Source: Rhizodiscina lignyota (taxonomy: Eukaryota). Taken from it: a stretch of DNA of 64,000 nucleotides. How positions within the stretch are numbered: position 1 is the stretch's first letter; every line of letters starts with the position of its first letter. Of this stretch, positions 47,358 through 59,945 are shown in pieces. The translations under genes were made by a program, and so were the position numbers. Below the pieces are notes generated by a model. That model was not told where the DNA came from and made no database searches. It was given only the letters and a program-made list of their open reading frames with translations. The stretch is from NCBI GenBank assembly GCA_010015805.1, contig ML978122.1, positions 1,088,453-1,152,452 on the forward strand, given 5' to 3'.

Positions 47358-49666
47358 ATGGCGAGCTCGTTTGAGAAGTCCGTAAAGGGAGCGACGAAGA
47401 TCAAGGCAAGCAATTGAAGTTTTATCCCTTTAACTTGGAAGAGATATGCCGGCTAGTTTGGGCATCGCAATATCTTGGAAACTAATGTTTGCCTCCTGCA
47501 GCTCGCGCCGCCGAAGTCGAAATACATCGAGCATATCCTCATTGCGACTCATAGCGGGGATCATGGCGTCGCTGAGGTCTTTCGCATCCTTCAAAACCGC
47601 CTCCGCGATTCGACGTGGACGGTCGTCTTCAAGAGCCTCATCGTCATCCACCTTATGATCCGGGAGGGAGAGCCTGATGTTACACTGCGATACTTATCAG
47701 ATAACCCGAGGAATAAGCTTGCAATCAGCAACTTCACGGAGGGTATGTCCATTCCAATACAAAGAGTTGAGCGAGCGCAGGGGGAGCGGGGTATCTCTGG
47801 GCATAGAGGCACACGTTGATCGCATTTGAGAGAAGAGGGTCTAGCTTTGCGCATGGGCACCTTCTTGTCGAGTCTTTAGTGATGCGCTCGCTGTGGTAGG
47901 CAATCTGACGGACACCGTGCTAACGAGGCACGGCAAACCAGTTCAAACCCAAGGTCGAAACATCAGAAGCTACTCGGAATATCTGCGCAAACGTGCCCAA
48001 GCATTCCAACAAACGAAAGTCGACTATGTAAAGAATGGAGAAGGCCGCCTAAAACGACTTACAATCGACAAAGGGCTCCTTAGAGAGACTGAGACTGTTC
48101 AAGATCAGATCAGGGGGTTGCTCAAATGCGATGTGGGTGCAGATCATGTTCACAAGCAGCAATGGTCCTAATGTTTTCCAGTTTCTCACTGATGAACCCG
48201 AGAACGAAATTACACTCTTTGCCTTCCGATTGCTCACAATGGACCTTCTGGCCTTATTTCATGTCATGAACGAGGGCATTATAAACGTTCTGGGTATGAT
48301 ATCCCACCCGCGCTGAGAATCTCAATGGCACTGACAACAAGAAGAGCACTACTTTGAAATGTCCAAAGTTGATGCTGAGCGTGCAATCGCCATCTATCGC
48401 ATGTTCACAAAGCTCACGGATCACGTTGTGCAGTACCTCGCGGTTGCACGCCACTACGAGCATGTGACGCGGTTTCAGATTCCTAAGATCAAACATGCAC
48501 CGATCACTCTGGCATCGTCACTCGAAGAATACCTACATGATAAAGACTTCGAGATCAACCGTAGACAGTATCTGGCCCAACAAGACGCGAGGAAGCGCAC
48601 TGGCAAAGGAGGTAGTGCAAACGGTATCAGAGCTTTCACCGAGAAGGCGAGCACACCCACGAAAACCACTACTACGCAGAAATTCCCCTCCCCAAAACAG
48701 TCGGCTGCACAACCTGCAAAGACGGAGACGAAGGGACCAGCTCCAGACTTGATAGATTTCTTCGAGTCTATCGAGCAGAATCAGCAGCCGTTGGCGCAAC
48801 CAGAACCGCAATTTCACTTTGCCGGACAGCAATTTCCACAGCAAGGCTTTGCAGGACAGCCAACGGGGTTTATCTCACAGCCTCCCGGCTTTCCTCAGCA
48901 ACAACCACAAGCTTTCGCGACGGCTCAAGGCACGAACCCATTTGGACAACCGCAGCCGCAACCGCAACCGCAGCCGCAAGTGCAGCAACCAGCACAACTC
49001 CAAACAAATTTTACGGGGGCCGGGTTTGGGGGCTACACACCCCAGCCGCAGCAATCATTTAACTCTTCCCTTTCATCCATTCCTCAGGAGGGCGTGGCGA
49101 CTTTCTCCCCACAGCAGCAGACGCCTTCACAAACGGGGTCGACGAACCCCTTCCGTCAGTCTATGATGCCTCAAGCTACAGGCACGTCACTAGGGTCACT
49201 CGGGAGTGGCAATCCCATGTCTCCATCATCCGGTCGCTTATCAACTAATCCATTCGCTCGCAACTCACCCACCATCTCAACTACTCCGTTCGACCCACCA
49301 AATGCGCAGCCTCAACAGCAGACTGCCCCATTCCAACCCCAATCACAGTTTGGGCAAGCTCAGCAAGCCCAGCAGAATTCTTCTCCCTTCGGTGCTACCC
49401 AGCCTCAGCCCACAGGCACTAATCCTTTCGCGCGCAATGCTTCACCAAACATGCCCCCTGGTGGGCAGCCCACAGGGAACTCAACACTGTCACCGGTGGC
49501 GTCGAATGCGACAGGTAGCACCAACCCATTCCGACAGAGCGCATTCGTGAATCAGTCAACTGGTCAAGGCTGGCAGAATGTGCCCCAGAATCAAGGCACA
49601 ATAGGTGGATTTGGCGTTGGTGGAGTGGACACGACACCGATATTTCCAAGGCCCGGCGCGAACTGA
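47358..49666 (+). CDS. ANTH-domain clathrin assembly protein (AP180/CALM, Yap1801/2-like)
   Basis: MASSFEKSVKGATKIK|LAPPKSKYIEH, WTVVFKSLIVIHLMIREG, DLIDFF box, five NPF motifs, QP tract. Four introns, the first GC-AG (47406-47501). Confidence 0.93.
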
Positions 49667-50333
49667 AAGCATGTCCCTTTAATGATTGCGATGGCGACTT
49701 ATTAATTTGGCTCTTGATATACAATTATACTGGACTGCTTTCAGTGCGTAAGGAGAAGTAGATAAGCTTCACATCAATGAAAAGTGAACTGAACTGAAGG
49801 CCGATGTGCTGACGGTAGCTCACGATTAGCGAGTTTGCTAGGTTCGAGAGTAACGTCAGTTTCTACTTGTCGATTTGCCAGGATGCACAGTCTCTTCAAC
49901 TCAAGATACTCCATGTCTGTCGCAGTTGTGCAATATAACGACCAGGGGCTCAAGTACATCGTGCAAAAGTTTCAGTAATGCTCTCGCTTAATCTGATGAA
50001 CAAGACTCGTTCATACTGCATTCTTACGACCTTTCGTATGTAAGCTCAGCTATTCATCAACCCCCGCCCGGGCCAGAAAACTGACACTGAATCATTAGAT
50101 CTTGAGAAGAAAATTAATTCAGGAAGATCTATCCTACAATTAATCCTTTCGGCCTACTCTTTCCCGGCACCTGGGTGCCTGGTATATGATCTCCGCCAAC
50201 CCCGCTTGCAGATTTGTACCTTGCAGCCAACTTGTGGATTCGCTCATTAAAAGGGCTGGAGAAGCCGAGATGGCTCCTCTCTGCGTATGTTTTCAGACGA
50301 GGGCAAGTGGGTATATTCGATATCTCTACTATC

Positions 50334-52331
50334 ATGATATTTCGCTATCCATGTCCGATTTTCTTCTTGTCGTTGTTCTTTGTGCGTCGTGGCTGGGCTT
50401 CATCACAGCCGTGGGAACAATATGTCTACAGTCCGAAGTTTCGCTCGGTGGCTCCAGCCTCTGTCAAGAGCATTTCTGGGGATGCGGTCATACTATCTGA
50501 TGAGGACGGATATGTGTTATCCATGAACTCGGGTTCGCAAGTCAGCCTGGATTTCGGCGTTGAAGTCGGCGGTCTCATCAGCTTCAGCTACAATAGCACT
50601 GTCTCAGGAGGAACGCAAGTGTCATTAGCTTATGCGGAGTCTCCATCCTTCGTACGGTCGATCTCAGACGACACTGGTCCTTTGCCAAATATGGATTACG
50701 ACAGAGCCCTTAACGTGACGTTCGCCGAGCGATCTGGCTCTTACACCGTTCCTCGTGCCAATTTCCGTGGCGGTTTTCGATTCCTCACTATCAATGCTTT
50801 GCAAGATGTCATGTTGTCAAATATCACTTGCGAAATTGGCTTCTTGCCGGCTCAGGGCGACCTCCGAGACTATCAAGGTTATTTCTACACTCCCAATGAC
50901 AAGCTGCTCAACAGAATCTGGTATGCTGGCGCTTACACCGTTCAGACTAATATTGCGCCGCAAAATACTGGGCGTTTCCTTCCTCAAGTAAAGCCCGGCT
51001 GGGCATACAATGCATCTCTCGGTGTCTCCACTCCCATACTGATAGATGGAGCAAAACGGGATCGCGCCGTCTGGCCGGGGGATATCGGCATGTCTGGACT
51101 AACAGGATTCCTTGCGCACGGCGACATTGGTTTGACTGCAGTGAGGAATGCCCTGGATACGTTATTCTACTACCAAAACAGCACCGGGCAGTTTCCATTC
51201 GCGGGGCCAGACACGGCCTCTTTCCACTCAGGAAGCCAAAGCAATACGTACCATGCGTGGACCCTGATATCCATCTACTATTATGCAATCCATTCAGGTG
51301 ATGAAGCCTGGCTTAATTCCAAGTGGGAGAATATCAAGCTCGCGGTCGACCTCATCACTGCTGCGCTCCACGGTGACGACCTTGGATTGCACAATCAGAC
51401 TCAACCCAACGACTGGGCACGGCAAGGCGGCGGCGGCTACAACAGCGCTCTCAATGCTCTCGATTACCAGGCGCTCACATCCATCGCCTCTCTCGGGGCA
51501 GAGGTTTGGCCACGAAACTCGACCAGAACAAAACAAGCATCAGCTTGGTCTGCAGCAGCTGAGCGGCTCAAAGCATCTTTCAACTCCATCCTCTGGGACT
51601 CGTCATCGGGACTGTATCGCGACAATCAGACCACGAGCCTCCATCCCCAAGACGGCAATGCCCTCGCCCTTCTCTTCAATCTTACCACCTCCGCTGCTCA
51701 AGCATCCTCTCTTAGCCGGAGCCTCTTACGCAACTGGAATTCGATCGGTCCCATAACGCCGGAACTCCCAGATACGATATCGCCCTTCATATCTGGCCTT
51801 GAGGTCCTCGCGCACTTGACCGTCGGTGAAGCTTCTCGTGCTCTGGAGCTTGTGAGGAGGACATGGGGATACCTGCTCGACTCGCCACTCATGACGGGCA
51901 GTACGCTTGCTGAGGGTATCACGGCGAATGGGAGCTTGTACTACAGGTCTACGGCGGGATACGCGTATGATGCGAGTTATACGAGTCTCAGCCATGGCTG
52001 GAGCAGCGCGCCAACGTCCGGGCTAACGAACAAGGTGTTGGGGTTAGAAATGACCGGATGGAAGACATGGAGGTTCGCGCCATTGGCTGGTGATCTGAGC
52101 GAGGCAAGAGGAGGCTTCCGGACCGGCTTTGGGAAGTTTGACGGTGGCTGGAAGATAACCAATGGTAAAGCTACGAGCGTTGAGGCATGGATAGACATCC
52201 CACAGGCGACAAGCGGAGAGGTGGTGTTGCCATGGAAGTGCACTAGTGCCACGATGAATGGGAGGGCGTGGAGTGGTACTAAGGTAACTGGAGGTGGAAG
52301 GAAGACATTTGTTGGGCACGGATGCATGTAA
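50334..52331 (+). CDS. Secreted GH78 alpha-L-rhamnosidase-like glycosidase
   Basis: Signal peptide; LDFGVEVGG, RGGFRF, IWYAGAYT, DGAKRDRAVWPGD, TLAEG, SLSHGWS. Intronless. Confidence 0.9.
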   Translation: MIFRYPCPIFFLSLFFVRRGWASSQPWEQYVYSPKFRSVAPASVKSISGDAVILSDEDGYVLSMNSGSQVSLDFGVEVGGLISFSYNSTVSGGTQVSLAYAESPSFVRSISDDTGPLPNMDYDRALNVTFAERSGSYTVPRANFRGGFRFLTINALQDVMLSNITCEIGFLPAQGDLRDYQGYFYTPNDKLLNRIWYAGAYTVQTNIAPQNTGRFLPQVKPGWAYNASLGVSTPILIDGAKRDRAVWPGDIGMSGLTGFLAHGDIGLTAVRNALDTLFYYQNSTGQFPFAGPDTASFHSGSQSNTYHAWTLISIYYYAIHSGDEAWLNSKWENIKLAVDLITAALHGDDLGLHNQTQPNDWARQGGGGYNSALNALDYQALTSIASLGAEVWPRNSTRTKQASAWSAAAERLKASFNSILWDSSSGLYRDNQTTSLHPQDGNALALLFNLTTSAAQASSLSRSLLRNWNSIGPITPELPDTISPFISGLEVLAHLTVGEASRALELVRRTWGYLLDSPLMTGSTLAEGITANGSLYYRSTAGYAYDASYTSLSHGWSSAPTSGLTNKVLGLEMTGWKTWRFAPLAGDLSEARGGFRTGFGKFDGGWKITNGKATSVEAWIDIPQATSGEVVLPWKCTSATMNGRAWSGTKVTGGGRKTFVGHGCM

Positions 52332-52957
52332 ATGATAGAGTATTCAGAAATCTGCGGAGGCCAACAAGGAAAAATGCCCAAGTAGTAGCTTGGGAGTTCT
52401 CGACTACCGACACTGTCTTGAGGAGGTTCCAGCTAATAGTGAACTTATTCATGAGATTCGTTTCGACATTGGCGATTCTCGTCTTCCTTTGCCTTTGAGA
52501 CATTTGGGTTGCGGTCTGGCCTAGAGGCTGTGGCCGGGGCTGGCAAGGTTGATCACATTGCCGTGCTGTCAGGTTAAGCAGAACAAGAAGTGCTTCTGCT
52601 TCAGTATCATGGCGACAGTGGTGAGGTTGGTTGGTCCAAGTGACCTGTCTTGCTACATAGCGTGAAAGAACGGGAAGGCTTGCAGATTAGGATCAGGCGG
52701 GATCCTTTGACCCTTTTAACTATTCTCCCGGGTATAACAGTATGCTCGGAGATAATTGCTCCCCTTTCATTGGCTATATATGATACGTCCGACGGCGCAA
52801 TGTTTACTCCTTTTCAGCGCGTGGTATTACCACAAAGCTTACTTAGTTTCATGTGACCTTGGTTTTGGGAGGAAGGCTCCAATATCCGAAGTTAAAATGC
52901 TTCCAATACTCTATCAAATGCAACTGTTTTCTTCGCTTCCATTTTCGCAGAATCATC

Positions 52958-53922
52958 ATGGCTTCTTCTCCGTCTCTCCGGGTTGCTGTCGTCGGGGTGA
53001 GCTTTTGTAGTCCGCGCATGACATTAAGGCCGGCTTTAACATTGCGTAGCTTAACGGCACGCTGGCAGAATCCATCATAAAGCATCTCGTTGCCGCCAAC
53101 TTCGCAGTCACAGGCGTCACTCGGGATCCATCCAAGGCCACAGACAAATTTTCTTCGTCAGTCAAGCTAGTCAAAGCAGACTACGACTCTGTTGACACAA
53201 TTGCTCCTATTCTCCGAGGCCACGATGCCGTCATCGATCTCATAAATAGAAATCAATGGGAGACTTCTATCCGGATCATTGATGCTGCGATTGCTGCGAA
53301 GGTGCCATTCTTTGTTCCTTCATCCTGGGGTCTGGACCAGAGCAACGAAGAGGTCCGGTCTCTACCTCCAACAGAGGGCAAAGTCAAGATGGAGGACTAC
53401 ATCATTGGAAAAGCAAAGGAAGGAGCCATCGCCTTTGCCGCGATTGAGACCAGCATGTTTCTCGATTGGGCGCTCGGCGTAGGAATTCTCATCCCACTGG
53501 CCGGTGGCCAAACCCGTGTCTACAATGATGGTAATGTGAAGATGTCAACAAGCTCGCGCGAGGACATTGGTGCGGCAGTGGTGACGGTTTTGAAGAAGCG
53601 CGAGAGCAACGAGGTGCGGAATCGCGTTCTGTTCATGCAGAGTACGGTCATTACGCAGAATCAAATCGTTCAATATGCGAGAGAAGCCAATCCGAGTAAG
53701 ACTTGGGAAGTTTCGAGCATGGATACGGAGGAATTAGTGCGAAACAGCTGGGAAGCGTATAACAAAGGAGACAGGAGCCCACAGGTTATGAGGGGCTTCA
53801 TTGCCGGAGGCACCTATGGAAAGGGACTGGCACTATTTAAGCACCTGGATAATGATGTCCTAGGGATCAAAGAGATGAGCGAACAACAGGTGAAGGATAT
53901 GGTGGCAAAGGTCGTTGCCTAG
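52958..53922 (+). CDS. NmrA/isoflavone-reductase-like NAD(P)-binding oxidoreductase
   Basis: RVAVVG|LNGTLA Rossmann start, ADYDS, GHDAVI, IIDAAIAAKV.FFVPSSWG, DIGAAV. Intron 52997-53050. Confidence 0.88.
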
Positions 53923-54401
53923 GCAGTAAACCTCTTCCGCATTCAATATATTTCCATATGTTATTCAATAACCCCAACTACTGTCTCTCTGCCCGCCCGC
54001 CGTCTGAACTCTGAAGCCTAAAGACCATGACAAGAATCATTTTCGCCTGAAGAATCCAATGCAATCTTCTCAAAAACAAATTGGCCAAACGCCATTGATG
54101 AATGGGAGCTTCAATCTTCTCGGACGAAGGAAATGAACTGAGCCGCTGAACTCCAATGTAGAGACACGATTGCTTAGTACCAAGGAGCGAGTTTCCGGCG
54201 AGCGAACAGTCTGTGGAGCCACGTTATCCAAGTTACCCCCAGCACTTCTAAGAAGCTTTCCCATATTGTTGAAGTTGCATTCAAGTTTGTCGGGGAGTAG
54301 CTTGCCTAGCCTGCCTTAGAAGATTTGTTTCTCGTTGTTACGGAAAAGGGACATCGTTGCAGGACTCTTTCGCTCGTGGGAAACTAGCTCCTTCGTAGAC
54401 T

Positions 54402-55886
54402 TTAAGCGTCGGCTTCTTCATTCGGAGGAGTCGCGCAGCTAGCAATGAGCTTATCGATGGCAGACCCCAGATCCTTTGCCTCTAGAGATATGCTTTCGTC
54501 AACCTGAGACGTGAATGTGAGAGTACTGCTGGATGAAGTGTACTGCGCGTCGTTGTGGGTTTCATAAAATGGATATTCGTCGGCCGCCGTTCCGCCCACT
54601 TGTAGTATTTGTATTAGCTGGAGGATTTCCAGGTTAGGGAATAGCCTTAAGGCTTGGAGAAAGGATTCCATGCTGTTGGACTCGACATGAACACGTCCCA
54701 GATAGAGGCGGCGAAGCGAAGGGCGAAGGTGATTCAGATCTTCAAGTAGCATCTTGAAACGTCTGTACCGATCATTGTCTAGGCTGTCTAGCCCACTCAC
54801 TCTGAAGAAGGTCACATAATCCAATTCCAAGCTCTTCAGCTTAGCAAGGTAGGTCAAGATGCTGTACATCGTCGTAATGAAATTTTCGTGTGTTTCATGA
54901 AACACCAACGAGAGAGCCTCTAGCTGCGGAAGACTACACAAAATTCCTTGTAAAGGAGTGTCAAGTCCACTCTGAGCACTTGGCATAACTCCCGGCCTGG
55001 ATTGATCTATGCAAAGCTTGAGTCTCAGGGTGCGCACCGTTGCGACTGCAGTGCTTATGCGAGTAGTGATTGTTGGGAATACTCTGAGGATGAAAGAAGA
55101 TGATTCGCCGTATGAATAGAAGCTGACGATGGATATACTGTGGAGGTTCACTGGATTTCTGCAGCTGTCGATCGCACCAAGGAGTAGCTGCGGGTACAAC
55201 GGGATGTCGTCTTCCAAGAATCGGTATTGAATGGGCTCCTGGCTTTGCAGATAATCTATGAGACAACCAATCTGCTTCCTGAGAGCAATCCACGACCTGC
55301 ATTCCTTGCGGCCTGGGAATCGAGTATCCGAAACATAACGTCCTTCAACAAACGCGAAGCGCACATCCTGGAGGTTGGGGAGGGATGCCAATGCTTCGGC
55401 TAGCATTTCGATATCTGTACCAGATCGTCCCATTCCGTTTTGGTCTTCCAGATGTCTATTGTAGGCACTGCGTTGTGAGAAGCTGATGTCCGTGTCCATA
55501 GACCAGTAGTCGCCTGACCCTACATGGCTGAGCAGCCGAGGCAAGAGCAGTATCAGGGTCTTCACTTGCCTAGAATAGTCCGAGTTATGCGCGAGATCGA
55601 TGAGGTCTTGGAGACTCTTTCGTGTAAGCATATGCTTTCGGATGTTGAAGAACTTGGACTTGAAAAAGTGTAATGTGTTCTCCTTGAGGCGCCGACAGGT
55701 GAGCCGTAGCGCGTAGATGTCATCGTCAGGGAGGGGCGTGCAGATTTCCTCGATCATCTCTTCCGGCAAATCCGTAAACGATTTGTTCTGATTGGATGAG
55801 GAGCTCGTAGTGTTGATGAATGAGACGGCTGAGAGTGTTCCGGAGAGCACACTTATTAGACGAAGAAGAGCGGCCTTCGACGCCAT
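54402..55886 (-). CDS. F-box protein with LRR-like C-terminus
   Basis: FTDLPEEMIEEICTPLPDDDIYALRLTCRRL F-box; repeated LPNLQ/LPQLEAL/FPNLEIL segments. Confidence 0.8.
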   Translation of the reverse strand: MASKAALLRLISVLSGTLSAVSFINTTSSSSNQNKSFTDLPEEMIEEICTPLPDDDIYALRLTCRRLKENTLHFFKSKFFNIRKHMLTRKSLQDLIDLAHNSDYSRQVKTLILLLPRLLSHVGSGDYWSMDTDISFSQRSAYNRHLEDQNGMGRSGTDIEMLAEALASLPNLQDVRFAFVEGRYVSDTRFPGRKECRSWIALRKQIGCLIDYLQSQEPIQYRFLEDDIPLYPQLLLGAIDSCRNPVNLHSISIVSFYSYGESSSFILRVFPTITTRISTAVATVRTLRLKLCIDQSRPGVMPSAQSGLDTPLQGILCSLPQLEALSLVFHETHENFITTMYSILTYLAKLKSLELDYVTFFRVSGLDSLDNDRYRRFKMLLEDLNHLRPSLRRLYLGRVHVESNSMESFLQALRLFPNLEILQLIQILQVGGTAADEYPFYETHNDAQYTSSSSTLTFTSQVDESISLEAKDLGSAIDKLIASCATPPNEEADA

Positions 55887-57241
55887 GATTGAAGGTACTG
55901 CTGGAGATGGTGTGTTTGGAAGGTCCCAAGTTGAGAGGTGCAGGTAGTTGAAAGCAGAAATAGTAGTAGCGTTTGGCTGTTTAAATATTAGAGGTATCGA
56001 TGAGTGTTGCGCTAGGTTGCTGAAGAGTCTGCCACAAAGTGCAGTAGTTCGTAGCGCCTAGCTGTGAAAGTATTACTCTCAAGGTGTCAGTGAGTGTTAC
56101 GCTAATTGAGTAGTAACTGCAATACACCGAATAGCGAGGATGTATACCCTCGTTAGTTAATGACAATTATACAATGTCAAGCCGCGTATTTTGGAGAAGT
56201 GATGCCTTGTGTATATTCAACCGAGTGTTCAGAGCTGCTCTCAGTCGTGTTGAAGAACAAAACTCATTCTTGCTGCGGCAGGTCAGTTAATCGGGCTAAA
56301 CTATTTTGTCATCCTCGTGGGTTGGTTGCTAGAGATAATCACGACAGAAATGCTTCAATCTATCACGAAGACTTCAACACGTGGAGACACTTGAGGTGAC
56401 TTGAAAAAACATATCTTGTGAAGCTGGACCCCCTCTTCAGGAAGACAGAGTGACTTTTAGATGTGAAAGGAAAGCCGCGATAAGGGACGAGAGAACTGGT
56501 GCATGTCTTTAAGACTTTCTCTCTATGAGATGTGGTATTTCACTGGGGGAGAGAGCCGATTCAGCTCCATCTCTTAATCTACCAGAAAAGCGATACACGA
56601 CAGTACATTTGGGCTTCTGTCCGAGCGCCAGAATATATTTAGATGGCGACATCTGAGAACCTCAAATATAGCCTCGACCGCTTGGCAGGAATATAAAAAG
56701 GGATGAGACCCGACTTGGACAAAGGAGACCGACCACTTTAGAAACAAAGTCTTACCCTGAGGAGAGATGCGGACCCGGTTCACCCGTGCCGGAAGCACGG
56801 AGCGGCTGCCGGCATTTAGAGTTGCTTAAACATTTTTAGTTGGAATGTTCGGGCAGTCATTGTCCTCGATCACACATATATACCAAAGTACAGCCCATAG
56901 AAGCTGCTCCTTCATGTCCATGTATACTGTTCCTGAAATTTCCTCCCCATTTCCTACTGTGTCGCCCTTATGTCTCGCTTCTCCACGGAAGTTGCGGCCC
57001 TTCTACGGTGGAAGCAATCCATCCGCTCTCCTATAGGCAATGTATACCAATCACAACTCTTTTGGAAGCATGGAGGCTAAACAACAACGCCCAGACCAGC
57101 GATCTGAATGCCTAGACTCTCGAATCCGCAGAGGCCAGGCTTGGCCCATCATATCCAACCCATGCAGGCATCATCTTGCAGATGTTTGTGACCGCTGACC
57201 GTGCATGGCGCGAGAAGATCTGACATGATGGGATTTTCCAT

Positions 57242-57413
57242 CCCCGCAAGACAGCCCCGGTTTCCCCACACACTGGGATATTAGGCCGACGACGCTCCCA
57301 GGATGGTATGAGATACGACATGAGACGGTCGCAAGGCCTCAATGACCCTTCAGAAATACGGTATCAGGAGCTTACTTGACCGAGAAGTACCGTCCGCGCC
57401 TAGAGATCTGGGG
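57242..57413. promoter_or_regulatory. Cluster of CreA/Mig1-type SYGGRG sites upstream of the carboxylate transporter
   Basis: Reverse-strand matches at 57242-57247, 57255-57260 and 57264-57269; forward CTGGGG at 57408-57413. Confidence 0.45.
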
Positions 57414-57666
57414 CATGGTTGTTATGGACCAGACGGGGGAGTTCGAGGACTATGGCGGAAGAATGGTTCCCTGACGGTGAATTGGGGCTTTATGAGGTCG
57501 ATATAGGGAGGCTGTGTCTGGCATTAGATGAGAGAAGAAGCAGCAGCTGAAGCATTGCCCAGCTCTCCCAGCGGCTGGACGTTGAGACAGCCAAGTTGAT
57601 ACAAGCGTTTGTGGCTTCTCGGAAAATTATTATCTCTTTGGCGAGACACAGCAGGCAGAATCCAAG

Positions 57667-59537
57667 ATGTCATTTATTCTCGAGTATCTTGTCGATGCTA
57701 TCAAGGGCTTAAAGCCGACGTGGCAACCTACCGATAACCCAATCAAGCTCCTCGCGCAATTGAACAGGAAACAATGGACCTTCTTTTTGGTACGTTCATC
57801 TATCTCAAAGCTCCTTGCATCTCCCGTCTCAAAGAATCGTGATACCTTCATGATATCTTATCGTCCGGAATGCTTATTCTCTAGCAGATCGGCTTTTGTG
57901 GATGGACATGGGACGCTTTCGATTTCTTCACCGTTTCTCTCACTGTTCAGCCTATAGCGAAGACGTTCCACAAGACTAACGCAGACATCACTTGGGGCAT
58001 CGGACTCGTACTCATGCTCCGTGTTGTTGGCGCAACGATTTTCGGATACGCATGCGATCGCTACGGCAGGAAGTGGCCATGGGTGGTGAACCAGGTTCTC
58101 TTCATCGTACTAGAGATGGCAACCGGATTCACACAAACGTTCAGCCAATTCCTGGCTGTCAGGGCGCTGTTTGGAATTGCCATGGGTGGATTGTACGGAA
58201 ACGCTGTAAGCAGTCTTCAAAGCCAAACGACAGTACTGTTTATCATCCAGATCCGTGCTAATTTGTAAAACGAGGATAGATCGGAACTGCCCTTGAGGAT
58301 GCTCCCACCGATGCTCGCGGCCTCATGTCTGGTAAGCAGTCGTAAGATACATCTCCGAGCCTCGACGACGTTACTCATTGGTTTGAAGGCATAATTCAAC
58401 AAGGGTACGCCTTTGGGTATCTCCTCGCGACGGTATTCGCGCGAGCATTAGTCGGTACAACGAGTCATGAGTGGAGGCCATTGTACTGGTTTGGCGCAGG
58501 CCCGCCCGTACTCCTAATTATCTGGCGGTTGATGCTCCCAGAGACGGATGTTTTCCTCGAGAGGAGAGCGCTTAGGAAACAAACTTCTTCCTTGGGTTCC
58601 ACGTTTGCTAAGGAGATGAAGCTGAGCTTCCAGCATCACTGGCTTGTGTTCATCTACATGGCATTGCTCTTGACAGGAGCAAGCTTCATGGTAAGTATTA
58701 TACAGCTTGTCGACTTCTTTTTACTGACTGTCCTCATAGGCCCATGGGTCTCAGGACCTCTATCCCACTATGTTATCAAATCAATACCAGTTCTCTGCGA
58801 ACAGGGTTACTGTCACGCAAGTTGTCGCTAATTTGGGCGCAATGATGGGAGGTACTACCGGTGGATTTATGTCCCAGATCGTAGGCAGAAGATTCACAAT
58901 CCTTGTGCTATGCATCATTGGAGGAGCTCTGCTCTATCCCTACACATTCGTATCCAACAATGGCATCCTTGCTGCAGCATTCTTTGAGCAGTTCTGCGTC
59001 CAGGGCATATTTGGCGTCGTTCCGTAAGTACAGCGGGTTTATCACCATCGGAATATAGACGTTGATCTCGCGACAGAGTACACCTCATGGAGCTTGCGCC
59101 TTCCTCTATCCGTACTTTCGCAGTCGGCGTAGCCTATCACATAGGGGCGTTAGTCTCATCTGCCTCCGCAACGATTGAAGCAACGATTGGCGAACAATTT
59201 CCGCTTCCTCCAAGCAAGGAAGGAGTGAAACGATACGAATATGGGATTGTCATGTGTATATTCCTCGGATGTGTAAGTCCTTGATATACTGTTGACCGAA
59301 GATGAAGGAACTGATGTCCATACATAGGTCTACGGCTACAACGTCATTTTCACGGTCATTGGCCCTGAGGCTCGCGGACGTGAAATGCGTGTCACGGAGG
59401 AGGATGAAGTCGTGGATATTGTCGGAAAGGTTGTTGTACACGAAGACGATGGTACGGATCACATTGAAACGATTGGAGAGAAAGGAGCTATTGAATATCC
59501 AACTAAGGAGGTTGTTGAGCACCGAGAGACTGTGTGA
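57667..59537 (+). CDS. JEN1: MFS carboxylate:H+ symporter, Jen1/SHS family
   Basis: GWTWDAFDFFTV, DRYGRKWP, RALFGIAMGGLYGN, ALEDAP..ARGLMSG..QQGY, HGSQDLYPT. Six introns, all in frame. Confidence 0.9.
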
Positions 59538-59945
59538 GAACCTGCAACGCCGGTCATGATTGATCTGGTATGGAAGGCGTTTGAACAAATGCTTCACCTG
59601 GATTGCTGTTTGGTCTCGGGATAGGCAGCACAAATTCAAGCCTGAAGGCAGCGATACCTGAATGATAGTGCCACGAAGATGTTTTGTTTTCAGACCCAAC
59701 ATGTGGATTGCTATGTGGGCCTAATTTTGGGAAGTGGATACCACTTCGGTACCTCAGCCGTTGCGGCATGATTGGCTCGCTTAAGTGCTGTCAGCGGCTG
59801 TGGCTGCCGGCCGGGATCCTGGGGCTACCTATTACACGCGATGTTTCTCCAACAATCTCCAAAACCTTCACACGCGACAACTCCCCACGGCAATGAACCC
59901 TAACTGAGTTGACGCAGGCGAAGCTTGTCATCACCTCAAGCCACC

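Noticed and set aside
48945..48990. CAACCG/CAGCCG hexamer tract
   Set aside because: Ordinary QP low-complexity stretch in the AP180 tail.
293..49666. Several membrane-trafficking genes (DID4, TUL1, USE1, flippase, AP180) in one window
   Set aside because: They are scattered over 50 kb among unrelated genes; consistent with chance.
52505..52580. GGTCTGGCCTAGAGG resembling a tRNA A-box
   Set aside because: No B-box or cloverleaf found.
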